A DNA stretch of 64,000 nucleotides, taken from assembly GCA_002269645.1 (NCBI GenBank), contig NIVC01000740.1:62001-126000 (forward strand). Direction: 5' to 3'. Numbering within the stretch: the stretch's first letter is position 1; the number at the start of each line of letters is the position of its first letter. Origin of the DNA: Macrostomum lignano (lineage: Eukaryota). This document shows positions 1 to 12,375 of this stretch, one piece after another. The notes beneath the pieces are model-generated. The model was not told the DNA's origin, searched no databases, and was given only the letters and a program-made list of their open reading frames with translations. The translations under genes were made by a program, and so were the position numbers.

Positions 1-870
1 CCAGATCCCTAAAATCCTAGATACTCTTAGATCCCTAAAATCCTAGACATTCCCAGATCCTAAAAATCCTAGACATTCCCAGATCCCAAAAATCCTAGAC
101 ATTCCCAGATCCCTAAAATCCTAGACATTCCCAGATCCTAAAAATCCTAGACATTCCCAGATCCCAAAAATCCTAGACATTCCCAGATCCCTAAAATCCT
201 AGACATTCCCAGATCCCTAAAATCCTAGACACTCTTAGATCCTCAAAATCCTAGATACTCTTAGATCCCTAAAATCCTAGACATTCCCAGATCCCAAAAA
301 TCCTAGACATTCCCAGATCCCTAAAATCCTAGACACTCTTAGATCCCTAAAATCCTAGATACTCTTAGATCCCTAAAATCCTAGACATTCCCAGATCCTA
401 AAAATCCTAGACATTCCCAGATCCCAAAAATCCTAGACATTCCCAGATCCCAGATCCCGAAAATCCTAGATACTCTTTAGATCCCTAAAATCCTAGACAT
501 TCCCAGATCCCTAAAATCCTAGACATTCCCAGATCCCTAAAATCCTAGACAATCTTAGATCCCTAAAATCCTAGATACTCTTAGATCCCCAAAATCCTAG
601 ATACTCTTTAGATCCCTAAAATCCTAGATTCTCTTAGATCCCTAAAATCCTAGATACTCCTAGATCCCTAAAATCCTAGACATTCCCAGATCTCAAAAAT
701 CCTAGATACTCTTAGATCCCAAAAATCCTAGACATTCCCAGATAACAAAAATCCTAGATACTCTTAGATCCCAAAAATCCTAGACATTCCCAGATAACAA
801 AAATCCTAGATACTCTTAGATCCCTAAAATCCTAGACATTCCCAGATCCCTAAAAACCTAGACATTACAA
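1..870. repeat. ~26-bp minisatellite (AGATCCCTAAAATCCTAGACATTCCC variants)
   Basis: Period of 26 read directly (AGATCCCT at 3 and 29); runs off the window start. Confidence 0.95.
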
Positions 871-1012
871 GATCGCCTGAAAGATTACCTGAAACCTACT
901 ATATTCTCGAAATCCCTAAAATCCTCTTCTCTCTCTCTCTCTCCCTCCTCAAATAGGCAGATCGGAGTGAAAAAGGAACAAGCAATAGGCATTAGTCTCA
1001 CCTGGTCATTCT

Positions 1013-2804
1013 TCATCTGAAAGTTAACCCTGGCCCCCGTTCGCACAGGCACCTGAGAGCGGACATGAACCCGGGCCGCAGCTCTTCGTACTGAATCGGA
1101 CTGATGTTCAATATGCCATTGAGCAGCACCTTAATTGGCATCTGGCCGCTGAGTATGGGCTCGTTGGGACACGAACCAGCGGCCAGCAGCATGTCCATTG
1201 ACTGGGCTAGAACGGACATGTCGAACACGTACAGATATGACAGCGGGTCCGCGAAGTTCGGCTCAACATTGAAAGTGAGGAATGTATAGAAGCTGGACAG
1301 CAACTGGCCGAACGGTGTGTCACCCTGATGAGGAACAAAACAATGCGTTAATAATTGGCTTCACTTAAAAAAGCTCCTTGCCGACTACCAAAAATACTGT
1401 AATCCCATCCTTTAGAGTCTAAGATCCCATTCAAATTCTAAAGAAACTAGAATTACATCACCAAAAACCCAGAATCCCATCTCCCCAAACCCAGAATCCT
1501 ATCTCCCCAAACCCAGAATCCCACCTCTCAAACCCAGAATCCCACCCCCCCAAACCCAGAATCCCATCTCCCCAAACCCAGAATCCCACCTCTCAAACCC
1601 AGAATCCCATCTCCCCAAATCCAGAATCCCATCTCTAAAACCCAGAATCCCATCTCCCCAAACCCAGAATCCCATCCCCCAAAACCCAGAATCCCATCTC
1701 CCCAAACCCAGAATCCCATCTCTCAAACCCAGAATCCCATCTCCCCAAATCCAGATTCCCACCTCTCAAACCTAGAATCCCATCTCCCCAAACCCAGAAT
1801 CCCATCTCCCCAAATCCAGATTCCCACCTCTCAAACCTAGAATCCCATCTCCCCAAACCCAGAATCCCATCTCCCCAAACCCAGAATCCCATCTCCCCAA
1901 ACCCAGAATCCCATCTCCCCAAACCCAGAATCCCATCTCTCCAAACCCAGAATCCCATCTCTCCAAACCCAGAATCCCATCCCCCAAATTCCAGAATTTC
2001 ACCCCCCCCCAAAACCCAGAATCCTATCCCCCCAAAACCCATAATCTCACCCCCCCAAAACCCATATTCCCATCCCCCAAAACCCAGAATCCCATACCCC
2101 AAAACCCATATTCCCATCCCGCAAAAACCCAGAATCCCATTCCCCGAAACACCCAGCATCCCATCTCCCAAAAAACCAGGCCCACACGCACCTTATCATT
2201 GGCCAGCCTAGGATTGCAGTTGTGGCTGAGCACCAGTCTCATGCAGTCCAGCACGTCCCTCTGGTACTCGGCCTGCTGCCGAGCAGACGCATCCCCCAGT
2301 CTGGCGATGACCAGCACAGAATCGAAGTCAATGTACCGGACATTGTTATTAACATGCGACACCAGATGATGGAGCACCGTATTACCATCCGTATCCTGCT
2401 GGTCGATAATCTCTTCTAACCCGCTGCCCAGAGCTAAGCGGACTTTGTCTACCATGCGATCCACTCGGCTGAGATTGCGGAACAGCACATGCAAGACGCA
2501 CTCATCTCTGGCTGAGAGCTGCGACACGGAGGCGCCAGACTGCAGCAGGAGGCTGAACAGATCGAAGCTGCTCACGGCTGCGTGCATCAGCGGGGTCAGC
2601 CCGTCCTCGTCTGGCTCGTTCAGCCGGATCTCCTGGACTGACGGGCGGCTCTGCTGACTGCTGGGTTGGAGAGGTTGTGAAACATACAGTTGCAATTGCT
2701 GTGTACTCATTGTCTCTGATACTACACATTAGATTTTGAAGTTATTCGTCAGTTTAAGGGTGGATAATGCAAAAACAGGAAAATAGACAAATGGACAGAC
2801 AGAA

Positions 2805-2861
<57 letters not shown>

Positions 2862-2878
2862 GGCAGACAGAGAGACAA

Positions 2879-2959
<81 letters not shown>

Positions 2960-2974
2960 TAGACAGACAGACAA

Positions 2975-3059
<85 letters not shown>

Positions 3060-4613
3060 AAAAGCGGCCTCGCACCCAGAGAAGCCGGGAAAAGCTGGCA
3101 TGGCGAAGGTCGGCGTAGGCTCCGGCAGCCTGTCGGAGACGCTGGCAGCCCTCGACAGCAGCAGGCGGGCGCAGTTGAAGGCACCGGCTCGGCACGCTGC
3201 AATGAACAGCGACTGCATCGACATTTGTTGTTGCCATGCCGTTGCCAGGGGCTCGTCAAGTAGCAATTCGAGCCAGTCTGATTGGTCAGATTCAAGCAGC
3301 AGCTCGACTGGCAGCTGGGGTCGGTCGCGACACCTGCGGATAGGGCGACGTAGCGATACGAGACTGACGTCAAACAGCTGCAGGCTTTTTGTAAGAATAT
3401 TTGTAAATTGAACCCATCTGTGCTTGATTGGCTACAAAAATTAGCCAGCCAGAAAGACATCTCCTGCATTCAAAGGACACACCGTCACTAAGACATCTGC
3501 ATCCAAAGGACACACCGTCACTAAGACATCTTCTGCATCCAAAGGACACACCGTCACTAAGACATCTCCTGCATCCAAAGGACACACCGTCACTAAGAGA
3601 TCTTCTGCATCCAAAGGACACACCGTCACTAAGACATCTTCTGCATCCAAAGGACACACCGTCACTAAGACATCTTCTGCATCCAAAGGACACACCGTCA
3701 CTAAGACATCTTCTGCATCCAAAGGACACACCGTCACTAAGACATCTGAACGCGTAGGAAATTCCCTCCCGAAAAGATTGCCTGCATAAGTGAGCCAACG
3801 TAGAATCTTGTGTACATTCTTCACCAAGGCAGTTAAGGACACGCTGTCATTTCGATAGCTCTCAAATTTTTTCATTCAGTTTTTTTGCATCAAAGCTGGG
3901 TGCAAGAACGCATACCTGCACGCGCTATTGCCGCCGAGCCCAATGCCTAAAATACTGACACCGCCGCCGAATGTGTGCGACACTCGACGACAAGTATCGC
4001 GACCTTCAACATCGGCATCGCTGTCTCCATCTTCTTCGTCGTCGTCTTGAGCACCGTGCGGCAAAGGAAAACAACCAGCCGAGGCGATGTCAACTCGAGC
4101 GCCTCTGGCCAGCAGCAGACGGAACAGAGGCAGGCAGCCAAGCCTGCAGGCCGTGTGCAACGGTGCGCTGCATTCAGCCGCAGACGCATTGATATCAGCG
4201 CCAGCGTCTAACAAGACGTCAACAAGCAGTTCACTCCGGGATTGCACAGCGTACTGCAGTAGAGTGTAGCCGCGCAGGCCGGGACTAAGCTTCTCGCGAA
4301 ATCTTCTATATTGACGAGGCAGGAGGCGTCGTAACTCCCGTTCGGCCGCTGCTCGCTCGCCAACGTCCGACAGTTCAGGCAATTGTCGCAGCTTATAGAC
4401 TAAGAATTCAAGATCAACCGAGGCCTCCTCTAGAGGGCCGAGACTGTCATCGTCTTCTTCGTTAGTGCTAGCCGAATTGCTTATAGTTGCCAAGGAGGAA
4501 GCATTGGACGGATTATAACGCGACTGGATGGACGGTCGACTAGAGCCCCAGGAGGACAGGCTCACCGCCATCGCGTGTAGACGATTTGTGACGTTGCCTA
4601 TAGCTGACAGCAT
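1013..4613 (-). CDS. Ankyrin-repeat protein, 4 exons: 4613-3916, 3384-3076, 2660-2192, 1324-1013 (~595 aa)
   Basis: Ankyrin motifs YTLLQYAV..LLDAGADIN, APLHTAC..LLARGA, GLTPLMHAA..LLQSGA, GNTVLHHL. The splice ANDK|GDTPF rebuilds an ankyrin junction. GT-AG sites have consistent phases (2,2,0). Acceptors at 3384 and 2660 are best guesses. The 3' end may continue past a donor at 1001. Confidence 0.8.
1463..2172. repeat. 22-bp minisatellite (AAACCCAGAATCCCATCTCCCC) in ankyrin-gene intron
   Basis: Period of 22 (AAACCC at 1465 and 1487); explains the GFW/GIL ORFs. Confidence 0.95.
2790..3060. repeat. (GACA)n microsatellite, intronic
   Basis: Direct reading. Confidence 0.97.
3452..3749. repeat. 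36-bp tandem repeat (~8 copies), intronic
   Basis: AAAGGACACACCGTCACTAAGACATCTTCTGCATCC; AAAGGAC at 3541 and 3577; no spacers. Confidence 0.95.
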
Positions 4614-4719
4614 TGTGACAGCAACGTTTAGGCTTCCGTTTGAGCATGAGTAGAGATAGGCTTTAGAGAAGGGGTGTGCATTTTGACTAATAAAACGACA
4701 TTAGTGTAGAACTCTCTGG

Positions 4720-5105
4720 TAAAAGTGGACATTGTGAATTAATCTGAGAGTGGGATGGGGTTGGCTCCGGTAGGAGTGTACATTGTGGACTGAACTGAGA
4801 GTGGAATGGGGTTGGCTCCGGTAGGAGTGTACATTGTGGACTGAACTGAGAGTGGGATGGGGTTTGCTCGGGTAGACGTGTACATCGTGGATTAAATCCA
4901 GTTGAAGTGGGGTTGGCTCGGATAGGAGTGAACATTGTGGACTGAACTGAGAGTGGAATAGGGTTAGCTCGGGTAGGAGTATACATTGTGGATTGGACTG
5001 AGTGCAATGGGGTTGGATCGGGAAGAAGTGTACATCGTGAATTAAATCCAGTTGAAGTGGGGTTGGCTCGGATAGCATAGGAGTGTACATTGTGGACTGA
5101 ACTGA
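4720..5105. repeat. ~51-bp imperfect tandem repeat between YIPF6 and the ankyrin gene
   Basis: GAGAGTGG(G/A)ATGGGGTTGGCTCCGGTAGGAGTGTACATTGTGGACTGAACT at 4747 and 4798, with further variants. Confidence 0.85.
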
Positions 5106-5470
5106 GTGAAGTGAGTCAGTTCGGAGAGTGTAAATTGCGAGACTTGCTAATTTATTAATTTTTTTAAGTTTAGGCCAATGCCAAATAACAAAGACCAAAT
5201 GTACTATTAAGGTTATAATAAAATCACAAAAAAAGAAAATCGTAATCGTTCAAATTTTACTAAAACAGTTTACGAAATCAAAACAGTAAATGATTGCCAT
5301 TGAATCAAAGTAAAACAAAACTTCCACAATACATAAATACTTCGCATAGGTAACAAAATTAAAAATATTGATGTATAGCGAAATCGCAGCAAAAAGAATC
5401 AAAATGTATAAAAGTTATTTCTAAATTAAATCGATTTGGACCGAAGAATTACAACAATAAAAAACCGGAG

Positions 5471-7931
5471 TCAACCCGAACCCGACAGAACTAGCCAAGC
5501 GAGCACAATGTAAAACAGACCAATTGGATACGCAACCAGGAATCTGCGATTAGCAAACAGCACTCGCTGTTGAGGATTTGACGCGGCATCAGCTTCTGCT
5601 GCTGCTGTTGCAGACTCTGCCACAGGTAGAAATGCTACAGAAGCTGAATAAACTGACCAGACTAAACTGGCCGCGGTGAACAGGCAGCGCAATATGAAAC
5701 TGACTAAGAAAGCGCCGCTAGGAATCACTAGAACCGCTAGCTGACTGAAAATCAAGGCTAACAACAGAGGCAGAACGCAGTAGCCCAGCACGCAGACGGA
5801 CTGCAGAAAGCCTGGCGGCCTTTGCGATGGCGCAGGTTTTGTGCCCCGGCTGCTGCTCTGACTGAGCAGTTGAGCGTTCAGAGTCACGGCAGCTGCGCCT
5901 GCCCAGTAGATGATGAACACCTGGGCGAACTGTGGGCCACCATCGTGGCTTGCGCTGCTGCTGCTGCTGCTGCTGTGACCTTGGAGCAGACTTTAAAGAG
6001 AGAATGAAATAAGAAATAACAAAGTTAATCAATACCGATCTAGCCCGATAAAAATCGTACCTAGCCCAAGAAGCGTCCCTTAGTCGTTGCAGGTAACACA
6101 GGTTAAATAGGGAAGTGAGTCAATACGACTTTAAAACGACGAGAGTCGCCAAAGAGTCACCCAAGTGTCAATTTGAGGCGTTTTATTGTCTGCGACTCTG
6201 AAATGACACTGGGGCGATGCAAGCAACTCTGGGGCAGTAGTCGTATTTGAGACATGCTGGAGTCGCTGTGGAATCACTGAGTTGCAACTAAAGTGCATCT
6301 GCGTTATTCTATAAAATAGAATCACATTTCGCAATTATAACAATTCTATTTAGTCTAGTCAACTAAAGCGCTAACACATCGACTCTTAGACTGGGTTTTT
6401 TGTGTCATAGGCATGCCATGAAATTAAAAAATGGCCAAATCCAAAATTCAGTTTTGCTTTTAAATTTGTTCAAACATTACCTTGTTTGTCGTGACAGTTG
6501 CATGACTTACAGATTGCACTTTACGATCAAAGGCAAGTTGCATGTCGAAATTAAAAAATGGCCAAATCCAAAATTCAGTTTTGCTTTTAAATTTGTTCAA
6601 ATATTACCTTGTTTGTCGTGACAGTTGCATGACTTACAACTTGCACTTTACGATCAACCGCAAGTTGCATGTCGAAATTAAAAATGGCTTAACGATCTTG
6701 ACGAAAAAAAACCAGCTCTTAGATGGCCCTTTGCAACTCTTTACGATTCTACAACTCACTTGATGCATTCGTGACTCAATAGTCACATTATAGTTGTTTG
6801 AGTCAAAAAGTTACAACAAGAGTCGTCCAGAGTCACTAGTGAGCTGTTTGCAATGATTCTTGAGCGATTCTTATCACGGTAACGCTTTCAACGGGTAATG
6901 TATGACAACGCCAACAGTGTCAGTCCCTGCCCTCTACGGATCCGCACTGCTAATCATGTACAATGAGGCTTCTTTTGTCAGAATTAACTGAAACTTCGAC
7001 GCCAAAATAAAACTCTGCATCAGTTGGCATCACAGCCATTCAGGTTTTTTGTGTCAGCGTGATTAATGACACATCAAGTTCACCAACATAAAATTTGGCA
7101 TTCTAATATTTAGTTAAAGTTCCACATTCTCTATAATTATTGTTTCATTTGACACAAATTATTATTTTTTAACTTTTGGGACTTTTATGATTTCTAAAAC
7201 CCCAGAAAAAACCAGCAAAACAGAATACAAGTACACCACTTATGTATATTGAAGCTATAGGCCATAGGCACTAACTCAAGATATGTACAATGTACATCGC
7301 AGACTAATATGCCCCCCAATTGCCTAGGAAATTAATTAGCAGAACAAATCGTTACAATTAAAAAATACTTACAGTGCAAGAATTGTGCAAAGGATTAGCG
7401 GCCCCCACAGGTCCCCTGGAGTAAAAGCAGCACAACAGGATTAGTGCTTGTGATTCTTCACAAATAGACCTGCACCAAATATAACAGGCAACTTACAGTC
7501 TTTGATCAAAGCGCGACTGGATCTTGGCACAAATACTAGTAAAAACTTGTTTCCAATAGCTTTCACATCGCGCAATATTGTGGCTCTAACTGGCTCATCA
7601 ATAGTAGATGGTTCTGTATCGATATTAGCGCTAATTGAACTTGAGCTTTGCACTGTTGAGGCGACACTAGCACTACTCAAGATGCCTTCCACAGGTAAAG
7701 AGGCCTAAAATTTAAGCACAAGAATCTTAAATAGAAGCAAGGTATGAAAATGTATTTAATTATGTTACAATTGCCCAAGACTTTACAATGGTTAAAATTT
7801 ACACTTATTAGATAATTTAAGATATGCAACAGAAATCAATGATTAAAAAATTGTTCCTTGCATAAACTACTACTTACATGGTCAGACTGATGAAAATCAA
7901 TAGAAATCTGCTCTTTGACATTGTCATGCAT
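5471..7931 (-). CDS. YIPF6: Yip1 domain family member 6; exons 7931-7878, 7704-7497, 7415-7373, 5990-5471 (274 aa)
   Basis: The spliced product contains LPVEG, STIDEPVRATILRDVKAIGNKF, W|DLWGPLILC, DGGPQFAQVF, LQSVCVLGYCVLPL and NRRFLVAYPIGLFY, all characteristic of YIPF6. Splice phases (0,1,2) fit. AATAAA on the minus strand at 5151-5156. Confidence 0.92.
6414..6690. repeat. 127-bp tandem duplication (~2.1 copies) in YIPF6 intron
   Basis: AAATTAAAAA(A)TGG recurs at 6421, 6548 and 6675. Confidence 0.9.
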
Positions 7932-10708
7932 TATTAGATAAATTCAGTTAAAAAAATAAGCTGTAATGAAACATGACAGTTGAGCAATTTTATTAGCATT
8001 GATTTTTGCACTTGATTTTTCTTAGCAAAAGGATATCATTTGAAGTGTAGAATATAGGAATATATAATCAGTGAAAAATATATTTGGTCAATTTGTTTCT
8101 TTTTTATATTTTTAATAATGATGGCATACTTAAGTGGTAGGTTTAACCAGCTTTGTAGCTAGGTAGTTCTCGAAAATCCTCAATTATAGTGCATAGGCAT
8201 TTCAGCAAATGACATCTGGTAAAAATCAACTAGTATCAAGGTAGTGGCACAATACAACAGTGTGGCATAGTGCAGCAAAGAGATATAGCAAAAAAAATTG
8301 CTGCATAATATTATAGTATAGAAAAATATAGTGACAGACAAAGCAAGGAGAGATGTAGCTAAGGCTTAGCCATCAAATGACATTCTTTTTGCTTATGTTA
8401 TGTATGCAGCTAAGGTCTAAACTGCACCAAATATCCCCTTTTCCCATGCCAATGCCAAAATACACCAGTGCACTAGACTATGCCTGTATTACTAGAGGCC
8501 AATTCACACTACAATGGGTTATACCTACAATAATTTATCAACATCTTTTTGTCAATAGGCCAAAAATATAAACAATTGACAAAAGTCAAATTTGTCAATA
8601 TTAAAAACAAGCTGAGAAAATTCATTAACAATAAGGCTGACTTACTTAACATTCTTTTGTAATTCAATAATGTAAAATTTCTTTAACTTAATGAGCAAAA
8701 TATAGTTAGACCTCAATATGATTTTGTGAATGTATATGCAATAAAAATTGGGCAGTTGTTGCTATGTACATAATACTATATTGTACTGGTACATAATTGA
8801 AGGTTTAGTATCAAGATATTGTGAAGGCCCCTCTCATTTTATGCACAAATTCATATAATAGTATGCATTTTAAACTTGCACAAAATATCTAAGAAAAACT
8901 TTTTGTTTTGCTATTTGTATTTTCCAAAATATTTTACTGAATTATTATTTTGTTTAAATTTTCATGAAAGTAAGTATAAATAGACAAGTTTTTGGAGCAA
9001 GAGAATGCTCCAAACGATTTCCAAATCGTTACAGATTGGCGCAGGGTTACAGGAGTTAAGCATAAAATTACAGGTGCACATTAGATCACAGAAAGGCTTC
9101 AAATTACAGATTTTTGAAAACCCCTTTGATTGTGCCTACTGCTATAGATCTATCACATACTGTAATTTAATATCATAGTTGCATTTTATTCAAAAGATAT
9201 AGGAATTTTTAGCTTCTGTCTTCAAATTAAAGATGAGCACCAGATTACAGGCATCAAAGTACAGAAAGGCATTAATTTACCGGAATTGGGTAAATTCTGG
9301 TAACTGAAACTTGTACTTGATTTTATATCAGTTTAATTTACAAAATGAAATGCAATATATGCAGTAGTAATTGCAGTTATATATATACCAAATTGGCAGA
9401 ATGGTTTCTTCCATGTTTGCTTAATCAAAACAATAAAATCCAAACAAAATTTGTATTGTGATAGCTTATTTAATTCTATAGTTTTAGTTAATACCACAGA
9501 GTGACAACTAGAATTAATAGTGGATTCAGTGAATTTAAATATAGCTGCATATTCGACTAGACTAATATAAATTACAAGAATGTATGCCCACTGCCCACTG
9601 ACCCTATGTGCGTAACTGTGTGTACTAGTTCTTCATAAAAAGAAAAAAGTTTCATTTTGATTTCGAACTACATTAAGCCTTAATATTTAGGCACTAAAAT
9701 GGTTCTGACAGGTTGCTCATTTAATCTTTTCTTTCATCTTAACCACGACCTTATAAATTCATTACCATTTAATTTTTTTTTCAAATCAGTTAGAACCAGA
9801 TAAAGCAAAGCGATGACATCAATTACAATTATATATTAATCTTATCTACAATAAGTAGATAATTAGATATTAAGAAAATTAAATAGCGGTAGCGACAAAT
9901 ACAAACAGTGTGACCGAATAAGCTTTTGGAAAAAAAGAATATTATATTATATTAAAGAAAAAGGTTATTTTCTCTGGATGAAGATCAATCAGTTAAATTA
10001 AGAATCTTTATCCAACATTTGTTCTAATGAGAACTATCAGATTAGCTAGAATAGACTGACCTAAAAATTTTTAAATTAAAATTTCTTTTGTTTATTCTTA
10101 TTTGCTGCCATTTGGTAGACAAGTTTTCACTTGCAGATTTTATCTAGAACATGAACACTAGTCTACAGGCTAGTACCTAATTGTGAAGCAATTCGATCCT
10201 AATAGGATAAAACAATGGCTCATCGCCATAAAACATGAGTTTTAGTTTACTGGCAGGACCAAACTGAAGGTGAATGCCATTATGTGTTTAAAGAGGATTT
10301 GCAAATCATTCCAGGGTCAGAAAATGAAAGTAGGAAAATCAAGAAAGGTGCATTTGTCATGTACAATGACGAAAATGGCAAGTCATGGATTGGTTGTGTT
10401 GGCAAGTAAGTATTCCTTCTTTCTATTTTATATTCTGAAATTTAGCATTAAATTGGGCATAGGCATGAGTTAAGGCTTAAGATTTTCACTGCAAATTATG
10501 TCACATGGCATCATTGCACCTAATGTATAATGCCATTTTGGACTTTATGATGCATAAACTGATCTCTACTAAATGCAACTTGTATAAGGTGACTAAGATA
10601 GATAAGCACCACTATGTCTATGGCTATGCAATGCAAGTCAATAGATTTTAAATGTCCTATATAACTTCACATTTTAGAAAGGTCTTGTCTACTACTTCTA
10701 CTATCTGG

Positions 10709-11283
10709 NNNNNNNNNNNNNNNNNNNNNNNNNNNNNNNNNNNNNNNNNNNNNNNNNNNNNNNNNNNNNNNNNNNNNNNNNNNNNNNNNNNNNNNNNNNN
10801 NNNNNNNNNNNNNNNNNNNNNNNNNNNNNNNNNNNNNNNNNNNNNNNNNNNNNNNNNNNNNNNNNNNNNNNNNNNNNNNNNNNNNNNNNNNNNNNNNNNN
10901 NNNNNNNNNNNNNNNNNNNNNNNNNNNNNNNNNNNNNNNNNNNNNNNNNNNNNNNNNNNNNNNNNNNNNNNNNNNNNNNNNNNNNNNNNNNNNNNNNNNN
11001 NNNNNNNNNNNNNNNNNNNNNNNNNNNNNNNNNNNNNNNNNNNNNNNNNNNNNNNNNNNNNNNNNNNNNNNNNNNNNNNNNNNNNNNNNNNNNNNNNNNN
11101 NNNNNNNNNNNNNNNNNNNNNNNNNNNNNNNNNNNNNNNNNNNNNNNNNNNNNNNNNNNNNNNNNNNNNNNNNNNNNNNNNNNNNNNNNNNNNNNNNNNN
11201 NNNNNNNNNNNNNNNNNNNNNNNNNNNNNNNNNNNNNNNNNNNNNNNNNNNNNNNNNNNNNNNNNNNNNNNNNNNNNNNNNNN
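10709..11283. other. Assembly gap (575 N)
   Basis: Run of N. Confidence 1.
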
Positions 11284-12375
11284 TTAATTACTAGAGCAGA
11301 ATCAGCTGCAGAATCAAACATTTTGTCCAACGACATCATTGTTGGCATCACCACTTCAATGTGCTTCTCGAATGGCGATGCCAGTAGGCTGGACATTCTG
11401 ACTAATGCAACCATTGAGGAAGGCCTTGAGTGGCTGACTGATCAGAAGAGCGAATTTTTCGTTAAAGAGCACAAGACATCCAACATGTATGGCGCCTGTA
11501 GAGTTGCGGTCGACAGCGTGCCGAAATTCTCGCGAATTACATTCAAGAGAGAGCAAAGACGGCCTCACCAACTGACAGGCTCTTCCCACTTGCATGGGTG
11601 GCTTTGCGAGGGTATGGACAAGGAGCGAGCACAGAATTCGAAAATCGAGCATGTGACTAATACAGCCTATCAGAAATTCATTGAAACGTACTCCGCAATG
11701 TACCTAGACGAAAATCAACAAAAGGCAAGTATTGATCCGATTGTGCCACAAACCCAATGTTGCACGCCAGTTGTACCAAGCTACAATGAAGTCAATGAGC
11801 ATGGCTGCACGATTTGTGATTGTGGCATCATTTCTGGTCTGGCCAACATGCAGCAACCGGACATTGTTGGACCGGAGGCATTCCTTGCTTTTGTCCGAGG
11901 TCCAGCGGCAGCATCTCACAAGTCAAACACAGTGAATCCAGCGAAGAGTCGACAGGCGGCTGCAGCAAAGAAACGCAAGGCTGAACAGCCATCGATCAAG
12001 CGAAAGCAAACCCAGCGAAGAGTCGACAGGCGGCTGCAGCAAAGAAACGCAAGGCTGAAACAGCCGTCGATCAAGCGAAAGCAAACCCAGCAAAGAGTCG
12101 ACAGGCGGCTGCAGCAAAGGAACGTCCCACTGAAACAGCCGCCGATCAAGCGAATCCAGCGAAGAGTCAACAGTTGGCTGCAGCGAAGAAACGCCAGGCC
12201 GAAACAGCCGGCGGCAGTCGGCAGTCAAAGTGAAAGCCTACGAATTGCCCTTGATATTGTTGGTTCTGTTCTTCATTTTACAGCAGGCATTCTAAATAGC
12301 AGGGTTGGTATTGGCATTTATAGCAAGTCCTTCATTTTACAGCTCAGACATTCAAATTGCTGGGATGACATTTAG
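11284..12375 (+). CDS. Orphan ORF, open into the gap; probable true stop at 12231-12233 after a 1-bp indel; HUH-like motif and Ala/Lys-rich C-terminal repeats
   Basis: The frame is open from the gap edge (LITRAESAAESNILSND...). It is a GC-richer island in AT-rich DNA. It carries RRPHQLTGSSHLHGWL and ~75-bp repeats at 11941, 12015, 12090 and 12159. Confidence 0.5.
   Translation, partial: LITRAESAAESNILSNDIIVGITTSMCFSNGDASRLDILTNATIEEGLEWLTDQKSEFFVKEHKTSNMYGACRVAVDSVPKFSRITFKREQRRPHQLTGSSHLHGWLCEGMDKERAQNSKIEHVTNTAYQKFIETYSAMYLDENQQKASIDPIVPQTQCCTPVVPSYNEVNEHGCTICDCGIISGLANMQQPDIVGPEAFLAFVRGPAAASHKSNTVNPAKSRQAAAAKKRKAEQPSIKRKQTQRRVDRRLQQRNARLKQPSIKRKQTQQRVDRRLQQRNVPLKQPPIKRIQRRVNSWLQRRNARPKQPAAVGSQSESLRIALDIVGSVLHFTAGILNSRVGIGIYSKSFILQLRHSNCWDDI

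Noticed and set aside
3452-3749. 36-bp repeat array resembling CRISPR
   Set aside because: Units are contiguous with no unique spacers, the array lies in a eukaryotic intron, and there are no cas genes.
1499-3875. GFW/GIL, SVCL and HPKDTPSLR ORFs
   Set aside because: Translations of intronic tandem repeats.
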